The notes under the pieces: generated by a model
The model's database searches: none
Told to the model about the DNA's origin: nothing
Seen by the model: only the letters and a program-made list of their open reading frames with translations
Position numbers and translations under genes: made by a program
In this document: piece after piece, positions 24,389 to 33,419 of the stretch
How positions within the stretch are numbered: position 1 is the stretch's first letter
Layout: every line of letters begins with the position of its first letter
From: a bacterium
Lineage (GTDB): Bacteria > UBA8248
NCBI GenBank assembly: GCA_965221165.1
Contig: CBDCRP010000003.1
Location: 480,001-544,000 of the forward strand
Length of the DNA stretch: 64,000 nt
Reading direction: 5' to 3'

Positions 24389-25864
24389 ATGCAAAGCGCG
24401 ATGTTTCAGCCGTTTATGCGTATTTCGGACTCAGCGAACAGGGTACACTCAACCATGTGCTACCGCAGCCGACATATTGGTGCCCACCTCTGTCTATTAT
24501 CCACTTTCTTGTTATTCGCAGCGCCCACCGCGGCCGCAACGGCTCATCCCTTTGGTAGTCACCTCATCATCAATGCGGTCAAGAAACTACAACCTTCCGT
24601 CGTGCATATTCGCGTAAAACCAAGAGGAAACGAGGGAAATCCGTTGCTTAACCTCTTCGGCAGAGGCCGCCGAAAGGATAATCCCCCCAAATTTGACCAG
24701 GGCGACGCGCCCTTCAGCGGCCACTACAACGTGGGCGCCGGAATTATTGTCTCAAAAGAAGGCCATATCCTGACGAACCACCACGTCATCAAGAATGCGC
24801 AAGAAATTATGGTCAAACTTCATCGAGGAGAGGAGTTCTCGGCCCGCCTGTTGGGTGTGGATAATAAAACCGACCTTGCGCTACTCAAAATAGAATCGCC
24901 CAAAAAACTCCAGGCGGCGCCTCTCGGCGATTCCGATAAAATTGATGTCGGCCAGTGGGTCTTGGCGATTGGCAGCCCTTTCGGCTTGGCGAATTCCGTA
25001 TCCGTAGGAATCATCAGCGCCAAGGGCCGGGACTTGAAAGAAGGCCCCTTCGATGAATATCTCCAAACCGACGCTTCGATAAACCCGGGCAACTCTGGCG
25101 GACCGCTCGCCAATACGGAAGGGATCGTCATCGGGATAAACACGGCGATATTCTCCAGCGGATCGCGCGCCTGGAGTTTAGGCATCGGTTTCGCCATTCC
25201 GATAAACCAGGCCAAAGCCGTTATCGATTCCCTTCGCCACAAAGGCTATCCCGTGCGAGGCCGGCTGGGTGTGTCTATAGCCGCAGTCCCCCGGCAAGAG
25301 GGGAAAAACCTGGGTCTTACCCGATTCGAGGGAGCCAAGCTCACCGAAGTCACACGCGGCGGCCCTGCCTATCGCGCCGGCCTGCGCAGAGGAGACGTGG
25401 TCGTTGAATTTGACGGAAAATCGATCAGTACATGGCAGAGCCTTCCCCGTATAGTAGCCCGCACGAAACCGGATTCCCTCGTGTTGGTAAAATATTACCG
25501 GGAAAAGCGTCTCGAGAGCGCCTATATACGCATAGGAAGCCGCTCGGAGGCGCTCCATTCGCAAAAGACGACCCTACATCCGCTCATGGGCATGAAGGTA
25601 GAGGCGCTTACCCCGCATCTCGCTCAGCGCTTCGGGTTGCCCTATGAGGAAAACAAACTGGTGGTCTCCTCGATTCTGCGGGGCGGCGTTGCCGAGCGGA
25701 GCGGAATCAGGCCGGGCGACGGCATCGAGGAGGTAAACCACCAGCCCGTGAAATCAATCGAGGAATTTCGCTCGGCAATCGACAAGTCCCGCCTCGAGGG
25801 CTCCGCCCTCCTCCTTTTGAAGAGAAAAGAAACAAACCTCTTCGTCGCCCTTCGCATCAAGTAA
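24389..25864 (+). CDS. DegP/DegQ (Do family) serine protease with two PDZ domains
   Basis: TNHHV, DLALLK, QTDASINPGNSGGPL, GIGFAIP and two PDZ domains; true start probably further downstream. Confidence 0.92.
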   Translation: MQSAMFQPFMRISDSANRVHSTMCYRSRHIGAHLCLLSTFLLFAAPTAAATAHPFGSHLIINAVKKLQPSVVHIRVKPRGNEGNPLLNLFGRGRRKDNPPKFDQGDAPFSGHYNVGAGIIVSKEGHILTNHHVIKNAQEIMVKLHRGEEFSARLLGVDNKTDLALLKIESPKKLQAAPLGDSDKIDVGQWVLAIGSPFGLANSVSVGIISAKGRDLKEGPFDEYLQTDASINPGNSGGPLANTEGIVIGINTAIFSSGSRAWSLGIGFAIPINQAKAVIDSLRHKGYPVRGRLGVSIAAVPRQEGKNLGLTRFEGAKLTEVTRGGPAYRAGLRRGDVVVEFDGKSISTWQSLPRIVARTKPDSLVLVKYYREKRLESAYIRIGSRSEALHSQKTTLHPLMGMKVEALTPHLAQRFGLPYEENKLVVSSILRGGVAERSGIRPGDGIEEVNHQPVKSIEEFRSAIDKSRLEGSALLLLKRKETNLFVALRIK

Positions 25865-26065
25865 TATATCCCGTTCCTGAACTCCCTCGATACATATCAT
25901 GCTTCTCCCTAAGGTGTGACTTTTCCGTTCGCCTCCCGTGAATTCCCGCACGGAACTTGGTGGTTTTCGTGAAAACGGCCGAAAAAACGCTACGGCCCGC
26001 ACACCCCCCCCCTTAGCCCCGCCGGAGCGAAAAATCCATATAACGCCTTATTTATCAGCTATATA

Positions 26066-26125
26066 AATTTGCAGATATTTTCGCCTTTTTTCCCTGTTTT
26101 TCCCCTATTTTCACTTTTTTTCATT
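26066..26125 (+). repeat. 10-bp-periodic T-tract array (six degenerate TATTTTCANN units)
   Basis: aatttgcaga/tattttcgcc/ttttttccct/gtttttcccc/tattttcact/ttttttcatt. Confidence 0.6.
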
Positions 26126-26222
26126 TATCCGGGGCGAATCGCCCGCCGGGCGGCATCTTGCCACACGCCCGGCCCCACGCCACTGCGCCAAATGCGGGCA
26201 GGCGCGCACCCCGGTTTTTGCT

Positions 26223-26555
26223 ATCAAACCCGACCGATGAAGGGTTTGCGTCTTTTGTAGGGGCCGCCCCTCCTCGGGGCTGCCCCACCGTTCGCGAACC
26301 GCCCACACATATATGCGTCCCGCGCCCTGTCGCCCCCAATACATGGGCCGCATGTATGCGTGGGACGGCCCTGGGGAGGGGTTCCGTCCCCTACAGGTCA
26401 TTCGCGACCGAGGAGGAAGGGTTTGTGACTTTCGTAGGGGCGGACCTATGTGTCCGCCCGCCTTTTTTCTGTGATTCTCATTTCCGAGCGAAGAAATAGA
26501 GACGTCATTCCGGTGTCAAACCCGACCGAGGAGGGAGAACAAACCCGACCGATGA
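26223..26555. repeat. cluster of GTAG-type REPs and 30-nt hairpin elements
   Basis: gtaggggccgcccc...cccctac (26257-26394), gtaggggcggacctatgtgtccgccc (26434-26459); hairpin copies at 26223, 26397 and 26515. Confidence 0.7.
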
Positions 26556-27040
26556 GGGGTTGTTGAAAAACCCCTCCCCGCTAAGAATTGACCACTGCCG
26601 TCATTCCGGTGTCAGTCCCGACTGAGGAAGGAGGGGCTGCGGAATCCAGTGCCGAGCGGAATGGCAATACTCCGGCTTTTCATCTCCTCGTCATTGGCGG
26701 GAATCAATCAGAAAATAAAAAACAAAGGCAAAACACATGGATTCCGGCATGCGCCGGAATGACGAACAAAGGCAAGAAGCAATCTCTCCCTCATCCCGAG
26801 TAGGCGCGCTCGCGCGCCGTATCGAGGGTTTGACCCTACCGAGGAGGGAGGGTCAAACGGGGCCCTTCGATACAAACGCTCCTTTCTCAGTCGCGTTTGA
26901 CCTTCGGCGGCTACTCAGGGTGAGGTCGATACCGCGGCATGCAAGACGAGGGTTTGACGCGACCGATGAGGTCAGTTCCGACTGAGAAAGGAGGAACTGC
27001 ATTTGCGCTCGCTCCCAGGACCGGGTTTTTCAACAACCCC
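26556..27040. mobile_element. non-autonomous MITE-like element with perfect 18-bp terminal inverted repeats, filled with REPs
   Basis: GGGGTTGTTGAAAAACCC (26556-26573) and its exact reverse complement (27023-27040); no transposase inside. Confidence 0.7.
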
Positions 27041-27092
27041 GAGGAGCGAGGGTTTGCCGACCAATGCGGCATGAATTCCGGGTCCCTGCTAT

Positions 27093-28235
27093 TCACGACC
27101 CCAGCCATCGCTCATGTTGCTGCAAAGCGTAGCGGTCCGTCATCCCGGCGACATAATCGCAGACCATCCGGTGCAGCCCGTCTATTTGCTCCATTTTGCG
27201 TACGTGTTCCGGGATTTTATGGGGATCGGCGATATACAAATGAAACAACCCGCTCAATGATTTCCGGGCGCTTTTCTCCAGGCTCACGACGCGCTCGTTC
27301 TTGTACATCCGCTCCATCAGGAAACGCTTGAGTTCGGTGTTTCTCTCATTCATCCCTTCACCGAAAACAACCACGTCGTGTCCACCTTCCCTGACGTCCG
27401 AAATGTTTTTCAGCTTGCGGCTCTCGATGCGCTCACATGCGGAGGTGATGATGTCCTGAACCTGCGAGTTGATAATTCGCCGAATCGTGTCGTGTTTGCT
27501 CTCTCGCGAGGAAGAGGCGGGAAAAGATCTTTTTGAGCTTTCATAGTGTTCACGCCAAAGGCGCGTATCCTGCAAGTCTTCAAAGTCGAACAGCCGGGAC
27601 GACAGCCCATCGTCCAAATCATGGTTGTTGTAGGCAATCTCATCCGCCACATCGACCACCTGCGCTTCGAGGCTGGGGGAGATCCTGTTCGTCAGACCCG
27701 AAGGCATCGGGCCCTCGTAGCGATGGAGATATTTTATGATTCCCTCGCGGGTCTCCCACGTCAGGTTCAAACCCGGGAACGAGGGGTAGCGCTTCTCCAA
27801 AACCTCGACTATGCGCAAGGCCTGCAAATTATGCTCGAACCCCCCATGCCCTTCCATGAGCTCATCCAGAACCTTCTCTCCGGCATGCCCGAAAGGGGGA
27901 TGCCCCAAATCGTGCGCCAGGGCAACGGCCTCGGCGAGTTCTTCATTCAGGCCGAGAGCGCGCGCGATGGAACGGGCGATCTGGCTCACCTCTATGGTGT
28001 GCGTCAAGCGCGTCCGGTAATGATCCCCCTCATGATTCACAAAAACCTGGGTCTTGTATTCAAGCCTCCTGAACGCCTGCGTGTGGATGATCCGGTCGCG
28101 GTCGCGCTGAAAGGCCGTCCGCATGTCGTGCTCGGGCTCCGGATGCTTCCGCCCGAGAGAATCGGCGCTATGGGCGGCATAAGGCGCCAGCAAGGCCTTT
28201 TCCCGCTCCTCGATGGAAACCCGCGTGTTGTTCAT
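27093..28235 (-). CDS. dgt: deoxyguanosinetriphosphate triphosphohydrolase
   Basis: FQRDRDRI, RRLEYKTQV, RTRLTHT, HDLGHPPFGHAGE, DYVAGMTD; start trimmed to MNNTRV. Confidence 0.93.
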   Translation of the reverse strand: MNNTRVSIEEREKALLAPYAAHSADSLGRKHPEPEHDMRTAFQRDRDRIIHTQAFRRLEYKTQVFVNHEGDHYRTRLTHTIEVSQIARSIARALGLNEELAEAVALAHDLGHPPFGHAGEKVLDELMEGHGGFEHNLQALRIVEVLEKRYPSFPGLNLTWETREGIIKYLHRYEGPMPSGLTNRISPSLEAQVVDVADEIAYNNHDLDDGLSSRLFDFEDLQDTRLWREHYESSKRSFPASSSRESKHDTIRRIINSQVQDIITSACERIESRKLKNISDVREGGHDVVVFGEGMNERNTELKRFLMERMYKNERVVSLEKSARKSLSGLFHLYIADPHKIPEHVRKMEQIDGLHRMVCDYVAGMTDRYALQQHERWLGS

Positions 28236-28257
28236 ATATTCACCTGACCCTCGAGAA

Positions 28258-29193
28258 TTATTCCGTTTCACTCGCAGACGGGACGCCCGCGCGCCATGCG
28301 GCGAACAGGTAGGTCGTCGCCAGAGAAGCCCACGGATGCCACCCGTCCGCCCGTCTGCGCGCAGTCTCCTCATCCACGCGCTCTTTCCCGAAACAATATC
28401 GCGCCACGACCTTCTGCACTCCCAAATCACCGCCGGGAAACACTTCCACGCGGCCGAGTGCGCGAAACAGCATTTGCTCGGCCGTCCAGCGGCCCACGCC
28501 CCGTATCTCGGTCAGGCGCGCCACCGCCTCATCGATGGGGAGAACACGCAGTTCGCTCTCGTTCAATCGGCCCTTCAGAGCGGCGCGCGCCACACCAATC
28601 ACATATTCCGCTTTTCGCTCCGAGAACTGCATCGCGCGAAAGGTGGATACGCGCGCCCCGGCCAGGCGCTCCGGGTGCGGGAAAGCGTAATGCGTCTGCC
28701 CGTCGATGCGCAATTTTCTCCCCCACCGCTTCACCATGCGCCCCCGAATGGCGCCGGCGAACGTCAAATTCACCTGCTGCGCAGTAATAGCCGTAACAAG
28801 GGCCTCGAATACGCTCATGTACCGCACCGGCTTGAGGCCTCTGAATTTTTTCACCACCGGAGCCAGATCCGCGTCGCCCCTCGCCATCCTGTAAAATGGC
28901 CTCAAATCGAGGTCAAAGGCCAAAACGTGTTTCATGGCGTCTGTGCCCGCACTTTGGGCTGATTTCGTCATCCGCCCTTCCGTGGCTATCCGGAGGCGAA
29001 CCGCGCCCCGGCCCTCGCCTTCGTTTTCAGCTTCCAGGAAAACCAGATTGCCGTTCGCATCCTCCACGACCCTGCGGTACACCCCGTCCGCGTAGGAGTT
29101 GACGAACTCCTCATTGGAGACGCGAAAACGCAATAAACTCTCATGAAACAAAAAAGGTTCGGGCGGATGCAGGATTTTCGTCATGGACCCCAT
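28258..29193 (-). CDS. alkA: DNA-3-methyladenine glycosylase II (HhH-GPD)
   Basis: FEALVTAITAQQV, AFPHPERLA, IRGVGRWTAE, FPGGDLGV, WHPWAS. Confidence 0.85.
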   Translation of the reverse strand: MGSMTKILHPPEPFLFHESLLRFRVSNEEFVNSYADGVYRRVVEDANGNLVFLEAENEGEGRGAVRLRIATEGRMTKSAQSAGTDAMKHVLAFDLDLRPFYRMARGDADLAPVVKKFRGLKPVRYMSVFEALVTAITAQQVNLTFAGAIRGRMVKRWGRKLRIDGQTHYAFPHPERLAGARVSTFRAMQFSERKAEYVIGVARAALKGRLNESELRVLPIDEAVARLTEIRGVGRWTAEQMLFRALGRVEVFPGGDLGVQKVVARYCFGKERVDEETARRRADGWHPWASLATTYLFAAWRAGVPSASETE

Positions 29194-29195
29194 GA

Positions 29196-29972
29196 TTACT
29201 CCACCATCCGCCTGCTCACCAGAAAACAGGCGACGACCAGGAATAGAAGCGTAAAACCGAGCAGAAAAGAAAAATGCCAGATGAAATTCTCGACATGTCC
29301 GTAAATAAACAAGCCGCGCGAGATTCTCACCGCATGGGTAAGCGGGAGAGCGTCGGATAAGCGTTCCACCCACACCGGGAGCCCCTTGATGGGAAACAAG
29401 GTGCCCGCAAAGAAAAACATGGGCATGACGATGGCGGAGAAATAAAAATTGAAAAACGAAAAACTATGGGCCAGTGACGTCGCAATGAGCCCCAGGGCCG
29501 CGAACATCACCGCCTCGATAAACAGAACCGGAAGTATCGCCAGCGCCCACCATGAGCCGACCAGACCGAACAAACTCAAAATGACCAGCATCAACGTCGA
29601 GCCAATCAGCGCGCGGCTGGCGCACCAGAGAAGATCGCCCAGCACGATATCTCCCACCGTGAGCGGGGCCATCAGCATGGACTCATAGATATTCTGAATT
29701 CTCATTCTTGAATAAGCCCCGTATGTGGACTCATAGGTGGCGTTCCACATCGCGACGGAAACCATCAAGCCGGGACCGATGAACTGCGCATACGAGATGC
29801 CGTCCAGACTCGGCACCAGCCGGCCCAGGCCGTAGCCAAACGCCACCAGCCACAAAATGTGCTCTCCCAGGTTGCCCGCCCATTCCGCCAGGTAAAAAGA
29901 GCGGTAGTACACCAGATGGCGAACCCAGACGCGAAAGGCGCGATGACTCGGAGCTTGTGGGAGGAACATCAA
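29196..29972 (-). CDS. ABC-2 type exporter permease (NodJ/DrrB-like)
   Basis: Six hydrophobic segments; YAQFIGPGL, ESTYGAY.R, FAGTLFP, LPLTHAV. Confidence 0.85.
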   Translation of the reverse strand: MMFLPQAPSHRAFRVWVRHLVYYRSFYLAEWAGNLGEHILWLVAFGYGLGRLVPSLDGISYAQFIGPGLMVSVAMWNATYESTYGAYSRMRIQNIYESMLMAPLTVGDIVLGDLLWCASRALIGSTLMLVILSLFGLVGSWWALAILPVLFIEAVMFAALGLIATSLAHSFSFFNFYFSAIVMPMFFFAGTLFPIKGLPVWVERLSDALPLTHAVRISRGLFIYGHVENFIWHFSFLLGFTLLFLVVACFLVSRRMVE

Positions 29973-30898
29973 TCTCTAAGCTCCCGGCCCGTGAGCCTCA
30001 GAAACAAATCCTCCAGGGTGGCCGGCCGCCTCAGAAAATCCTTCCGCCCGCAAGAAATCAAATGCTCCATCACCCGCATCCCGTTGTCGCTGTACAGGTA
30101 CAATATATCGGCAACGACCTCGGCGGTTACGGGGAGGCCCTCTAATGAGCCGAGCAATTCTTCCGAGGCGCCTCCCCTGAGCTCGTATACCTCATCGCCC
30201 ACTTTTTCCTGAACCAGGGCTTGTGGTTCGCCTTCCACGAGAAATTTCCCCGTATCCATAATCCCGATGCGGTCGCACATCTGGGCCGCCTCCTCCATGT
30301 AATGCGTAGTGAGAAGGATGGTCAGGCCCTGCGCCTTGAGTTCCCGGAGCCTCTGCCAGACGAGGTGCCTCGCCTGCGGATCCAGGCCGGTGGTGGGTTC
30401 ATCCAGAATCAGGAACTTCGGCTCGTGAATCAGGGCGCGCGCGATGTGGAGGCGCCGCTTCATTCCGCCGGAGAGGGTCTTGATTTGTGAATTCCATTTT
30501 TCGCGGAGTTGCATGAAATCGAGCAGGTGCTCGATGCGGGATAACGACGCCTTCCTGGAGATGCTGAAAAACCCGGCATAGACCCAAAGATTTTCATATA
30601 CCGTCAGATCGCGGTCCAGGGTGTCTTCTTGCGATACGATGCCCATCTGCGCGCGAATGAGCCGGCTCTGGGTGATTACGTCTCTCCCCAGCACCCTCAG
30701 ACTGCCCGCATCGGGATGAACGGCCCCATGCAGCATCTTGATTGTCGTGGTTTTGCCGGCTCCGTTCGGGCCCAGAATCCCGAAACACTCCCCGGACTTC
30801 ACCTGAAGCGAGACGCCGTCGACGGCCTTGAGGGTTCCGAAGGATTTTTCGATGCCTTGAGCGTCTATCACGAATCCAGACAACGAAAACTCCATCAA
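29969..30898 (-). CDS. ABC transporter ATP-binding protein (NodI/DrrA-like)
   Basis: [48 protein letters not shown]. Confidence 0.9.
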   Translation of the reverse strand: MMEFSLSGFVIDAQGIEKSFGTLKAVDGVSLQVKSGECFGILGPNGAGKTTTIKMLHGAVHPDAGSLRVLGRDVITQSRLIRAQMGIVSQEDTLDRDLTVYENLWVYAGFFSISRKASLSRIEHLLDFMQLREKWNSQIKTLSGGMKRRLHIARALIHEPKFLILDEPTTGLDPQARHLVWQRLRELKAQGLTILLTTHYMEEAAQMCDRIGIMDTGKFLVEGEPQALVQEKVGDEVYELRGGASEELLGSLEGLPVTAEVVADILYLYSDNGMRVMEHLISCGRKDFLRRPATLEDLFLRLTGRELRD

Positions 30899-30909
30899 TA
30901 TGACTGGGC

Positions 30910-32160
30910 CTACAAACCGCGAAGGCGCTCCGCCTCCGCCACTCTTTGCACCGCAATGATAAAGGCCGCCGTGCGCAAGGACACGTTTTTCCCCCTTGCC
31001 AGTTCATACACCTCCGTAGTGGCGCGCGCCATGATTTTCCCCAGCTCGCGATTCACCCGCTCCTCATCCCAGCCGAATTGCTGGATGTTCTGCACCCACT
31101 CGAAATAGGAGACCGTCACGCCGCCCGAGCTCGCCAGTACGTCGGGGATCAGCATGACGTTGCCGCCATCGGCCAGAATGTTCTCTCCCCCTTGGGTTAC
31201 GGGAGCGTTGGCCGCTTCCAGAATAATCCGGGCTTTTACGTTTGCCGCATTACCGGCATGAATGGCCCCGCCGAGAGCCGCCGGGAGCAAGACGTCCACG
31301 TCGAGCGCCAAAAGCTCTTCATTGGTGATCGCCTCGACTCCGCCGAGCCCCTCCAGCTCACCCGTCTCCTTGCGGTGCGCCACGGCCGCTTCGATGTCGA
31401 CCCCATCGCCATTGAAATGAGCGCCCCTGCTGTCCGAAATCGCCACCACCTTCACTCCGAGGTCCTTCATGAATCCGGCGGCGAAAGAGCCGACGTTCCC
31501 GAAACCCTGTATCGCCGCCGTCATGGATGCGGGGTCCCAGCCTTCCCTTTTGGCTATCTCTTCATACACCATCACGGCGCCGCGCCCCGTAGCGGCCTCC
31601 CTCCCCGGGGAGCCGCCCATGGCCAGAGGTTTTCCCGTAACACAGGCCGGCGTATACCCGTGCCGGCTGCTGTATTCATCAAAAATCCACGCCATCACCT
31701 GCGCGTTCGTGTTCACGTCGGGGGCGGGAATATCGCGGTATGGCCCCAGAATGTGGTCGATGCGCGCGATGAATTTTCTGGTCAGCCGCTCCAGCTCATA
31801 CACGCTGAGCTCTCTCACGTTGACGCTGATGCCGCCCTTCCCGCCGCCAAAGGGAATATCGACCAAAGCCGTCTTCCAGGCCATCAAGGCCGAGAGTCCG
31901 CGCACCTCGTCCATATCCACTTCGTGGTGGTAGCGGATTCCTCCCTTGAAAGGGCCTCGGGAGCCGTTGAACTGAATGCGGTAGCCTTGCCAAACGCCCA
32001 GGGAGCCGTCGTCTCTGCGGATGGGAATTTCGACTTTCATTTCACGGAAGGGAGTCTTGAGGAGAAGGCGCATTTCATCATCCAGATCGATGAATTCCGC
32101 CGCTTGGTCGAACTGCGCGCCCGCGGTTTCGAATACACTGACTCGCTCGTCTTGCGACAT
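30910..32160 (-). CDS. gdhA: Glu/Leu/Phe/Val dehydrogenase (probable glutamate dehydrogenase)
   Basis: GPFKGGIRY, PFGGGKGG, DIPAPDVNT, ATGRG, QGFGNVG, GVTVSYFEWVQN. Confidence 0.88.
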   Translation of the reverse strand: MSQDERVSVFETAGAQFDQAAEFIDLDDEMRLLLKTPFREMKVEIPIRRDDGSLGVWQGYRIQFNGSRGPFKGGIRYHHEVDMDEVRGLSALMAWKTALVDIPFGGGKGGISVNVRELSVYELERLTRKFIARIDHILGPYRDIPAPDVNTNAQVMAWIFDEYSSRHGYTPACVTGKPLAMGGSPGREAATGRGAVMVYEEIAKREGWDPASMTAAIQGFGNVGSFAAGFMKDLGVKVVAISDSRGAHFNGDGVDIEAAVAHRKETGELEGLGGVEAITNEELLALDVDVLLPAALGGAIHAGNAANVKARIILEAANAPVTQGGENILADGGNVMLIPDVLASSGGVTVSYFEWVQNIQQFGWDEERVNRELGKIMARATTEVYELARGKNVSLRTAAFIIAVQRVAEAERLRGL

Positions 32161-32236
32161 ATCGTCCCCTCAAAAATTTTCCAAAGGATAGAACGCAAGC
32201 GGCTTGGCGAGAGAATCTAAACCCGACCCCGGGGGG

Positions 32237-32470
32237 TTAGTGGCACGAACACATACCTCCGCAGCCGCCCCCGCCGGCCGGGTATCCACCACCAAAAGCC
32301 GACGTCGACGCCGCCGCGCCGGAAGAGGATTTGGCGAACACGGAAAGTTTTTTGTGCACTTTCCCCGACCCGCATTCGGGGCATTCCACCAGATCGATGG
32401 CTTGCGCGGATGGAACGATCTTCTCGAAATCTTTTTCACAGCTTCCGCAAAGAAATTCATACATCGGCAT
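32237..32470 (-). CDS. FmdB-family zinc-ribbon protein
   Basis: MPMYEFLCGSC...ECPECGS...KKLS pattern with a Gly/Cys tail. Confidence 0.85.
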   Translation of the reverse strand: MPMYEFLCGSCEKDFEKIVPSAQAIDLVECPECGSGKVHKKLSVFAKSSSGAAASTSAFGGGYPAGGGGCGGMCSCH

Positions 32471-32493
32471 GACTGTTCTACCCTCCCGGAGGA

Positions 32494-33144
32494 TCAGCGC
32501 ATTTCATTCGCCCGGCGCCAGTCCGCCAAAAATTTCTCCAGCCCGATATCGGTCAATGGATGCTTGAGAAGCTGCGCAATCACCTGAAAGGGCACCGTTG
32601 CGACGTCCGCTCCCATTTTCGCGGCTTCGAGCAAATGGATAGGCGTTCTGATGCTCGCCACCAATACCTCGGTGGCGTAATCGTAGTTCTCGAAAATCTG
32701 CACGATGTCCCGCACAATCTCCATGCCCGGGTTCGAGATGTCGTCCAGCCGGCCCACGAAGGGACTCACGAACGAAGCCCCCGCCTTGGCCGCCAGCATC
32801 GCCTGGACGGGGCTGAAGATGAGCGTGACGTTCGTGTTGATGTTCTCCTCGCGCATGGCCTTGACGGCGCGCAGGCCCTCGACGCCCACCGGAACCTTCA
32901 CGACGACGTTCTCGTGGATGGCGGCCAACTCGCGGCCCTCTTCGACCATCTCCTTCGACTCCGTGGCGATGACCTCCGCGCTCACCGGCCCGTCGACCAC
33001 CTCGCATATCTCCTTGATTCTCGTGTGGTGGTCCGCGCCTTCCTTTGCTATCAGCGAGGGATTCGTCGTCACGCCGTCCAGAATGCCGGTGGATGCCGCT
33101 TCCCTGATTTCTTCCACGTTCGCCGTATCGATGAAAATCTTCAT
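32494..33144 (-). CDS. fsa: transaldolase / fructose-6-phosphate aldolase (TalC/Fsa type)
   Basis: [46 protein letters not shown]. Confidence 0.92.
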   Translation of the reverse strand: MKIFIDTANVEEIREAASTGILDGVTTNPSLIAKEGADHHTRIKEICEVVDGPVSAEVIATESKEMVEEGRELAAIHENVVVKVPVGVEGLRAVKAMREENINTNVTLIFSPVQAMLAAKAGASFVSPFVGRLDDISNPGMEIVRDIVQIFENYDYATEVLVASIRTPIHLLEAAKMGADVATVPFQVIAQLLKHPLTDIGLEKFLADWRRANEMR

Positions 33145-33278
33145 GTTCTCTCCCGACGGATGTGTTGATACCCCCCACGGGGTCGTGCCCCGCCTCTTCG
33201 AAGATTACGCCACTGCGCCCAAATGTCAACACGGGGAGTATGGGTCGGTTTCGGCTGAAATCGCCATAACCCGCCTGA

Positions 33279-33291
33279 AATCAACATGTTG
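33279..33291 (+). promoter_or_regulatory. IHF consensus site
   Basis: AATCAAcatgTTG is an exact match to WATCAANNNNTTR, next to an AT-rich tract. Confidence 0.5.
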
Positions 33292-33360
33292 AATTTTCAT
33301 TTTTTTCAGATATTTTCAGAATTTTTCACCTTTTTTCACTTATTTTCAGATATTCCCTTC
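33291..33360 (+). repeat. 10-bp-periodic T-tract array (seven degenerate TATTTTCAGA units)
   Basis: gaattttcat/ttttttcaga/tattttcaga/atttttcacc/ttttttcact/tattttcaga/tattcccttc. Confidence 0.7.
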
Positions 33361-33419
33361 GCCCCGAACGAGGCGCAGGCGGCGGGAAGCGGGGTTGCCG
33401 GATCGGCGAATGGATGACG

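Noticed and set aside
26220-27060. Repeated units of about 30 nt suggesting a CRISPR array
   Set aside because: Units are not identical, spacing is irregular, copies are nested, and there are no cas genes
29196-30898. Nod-factor export (nodIJ)
   Set aside because: No nod biosynthesis genes; NodIJ-like ABC-2 exporters are widespread
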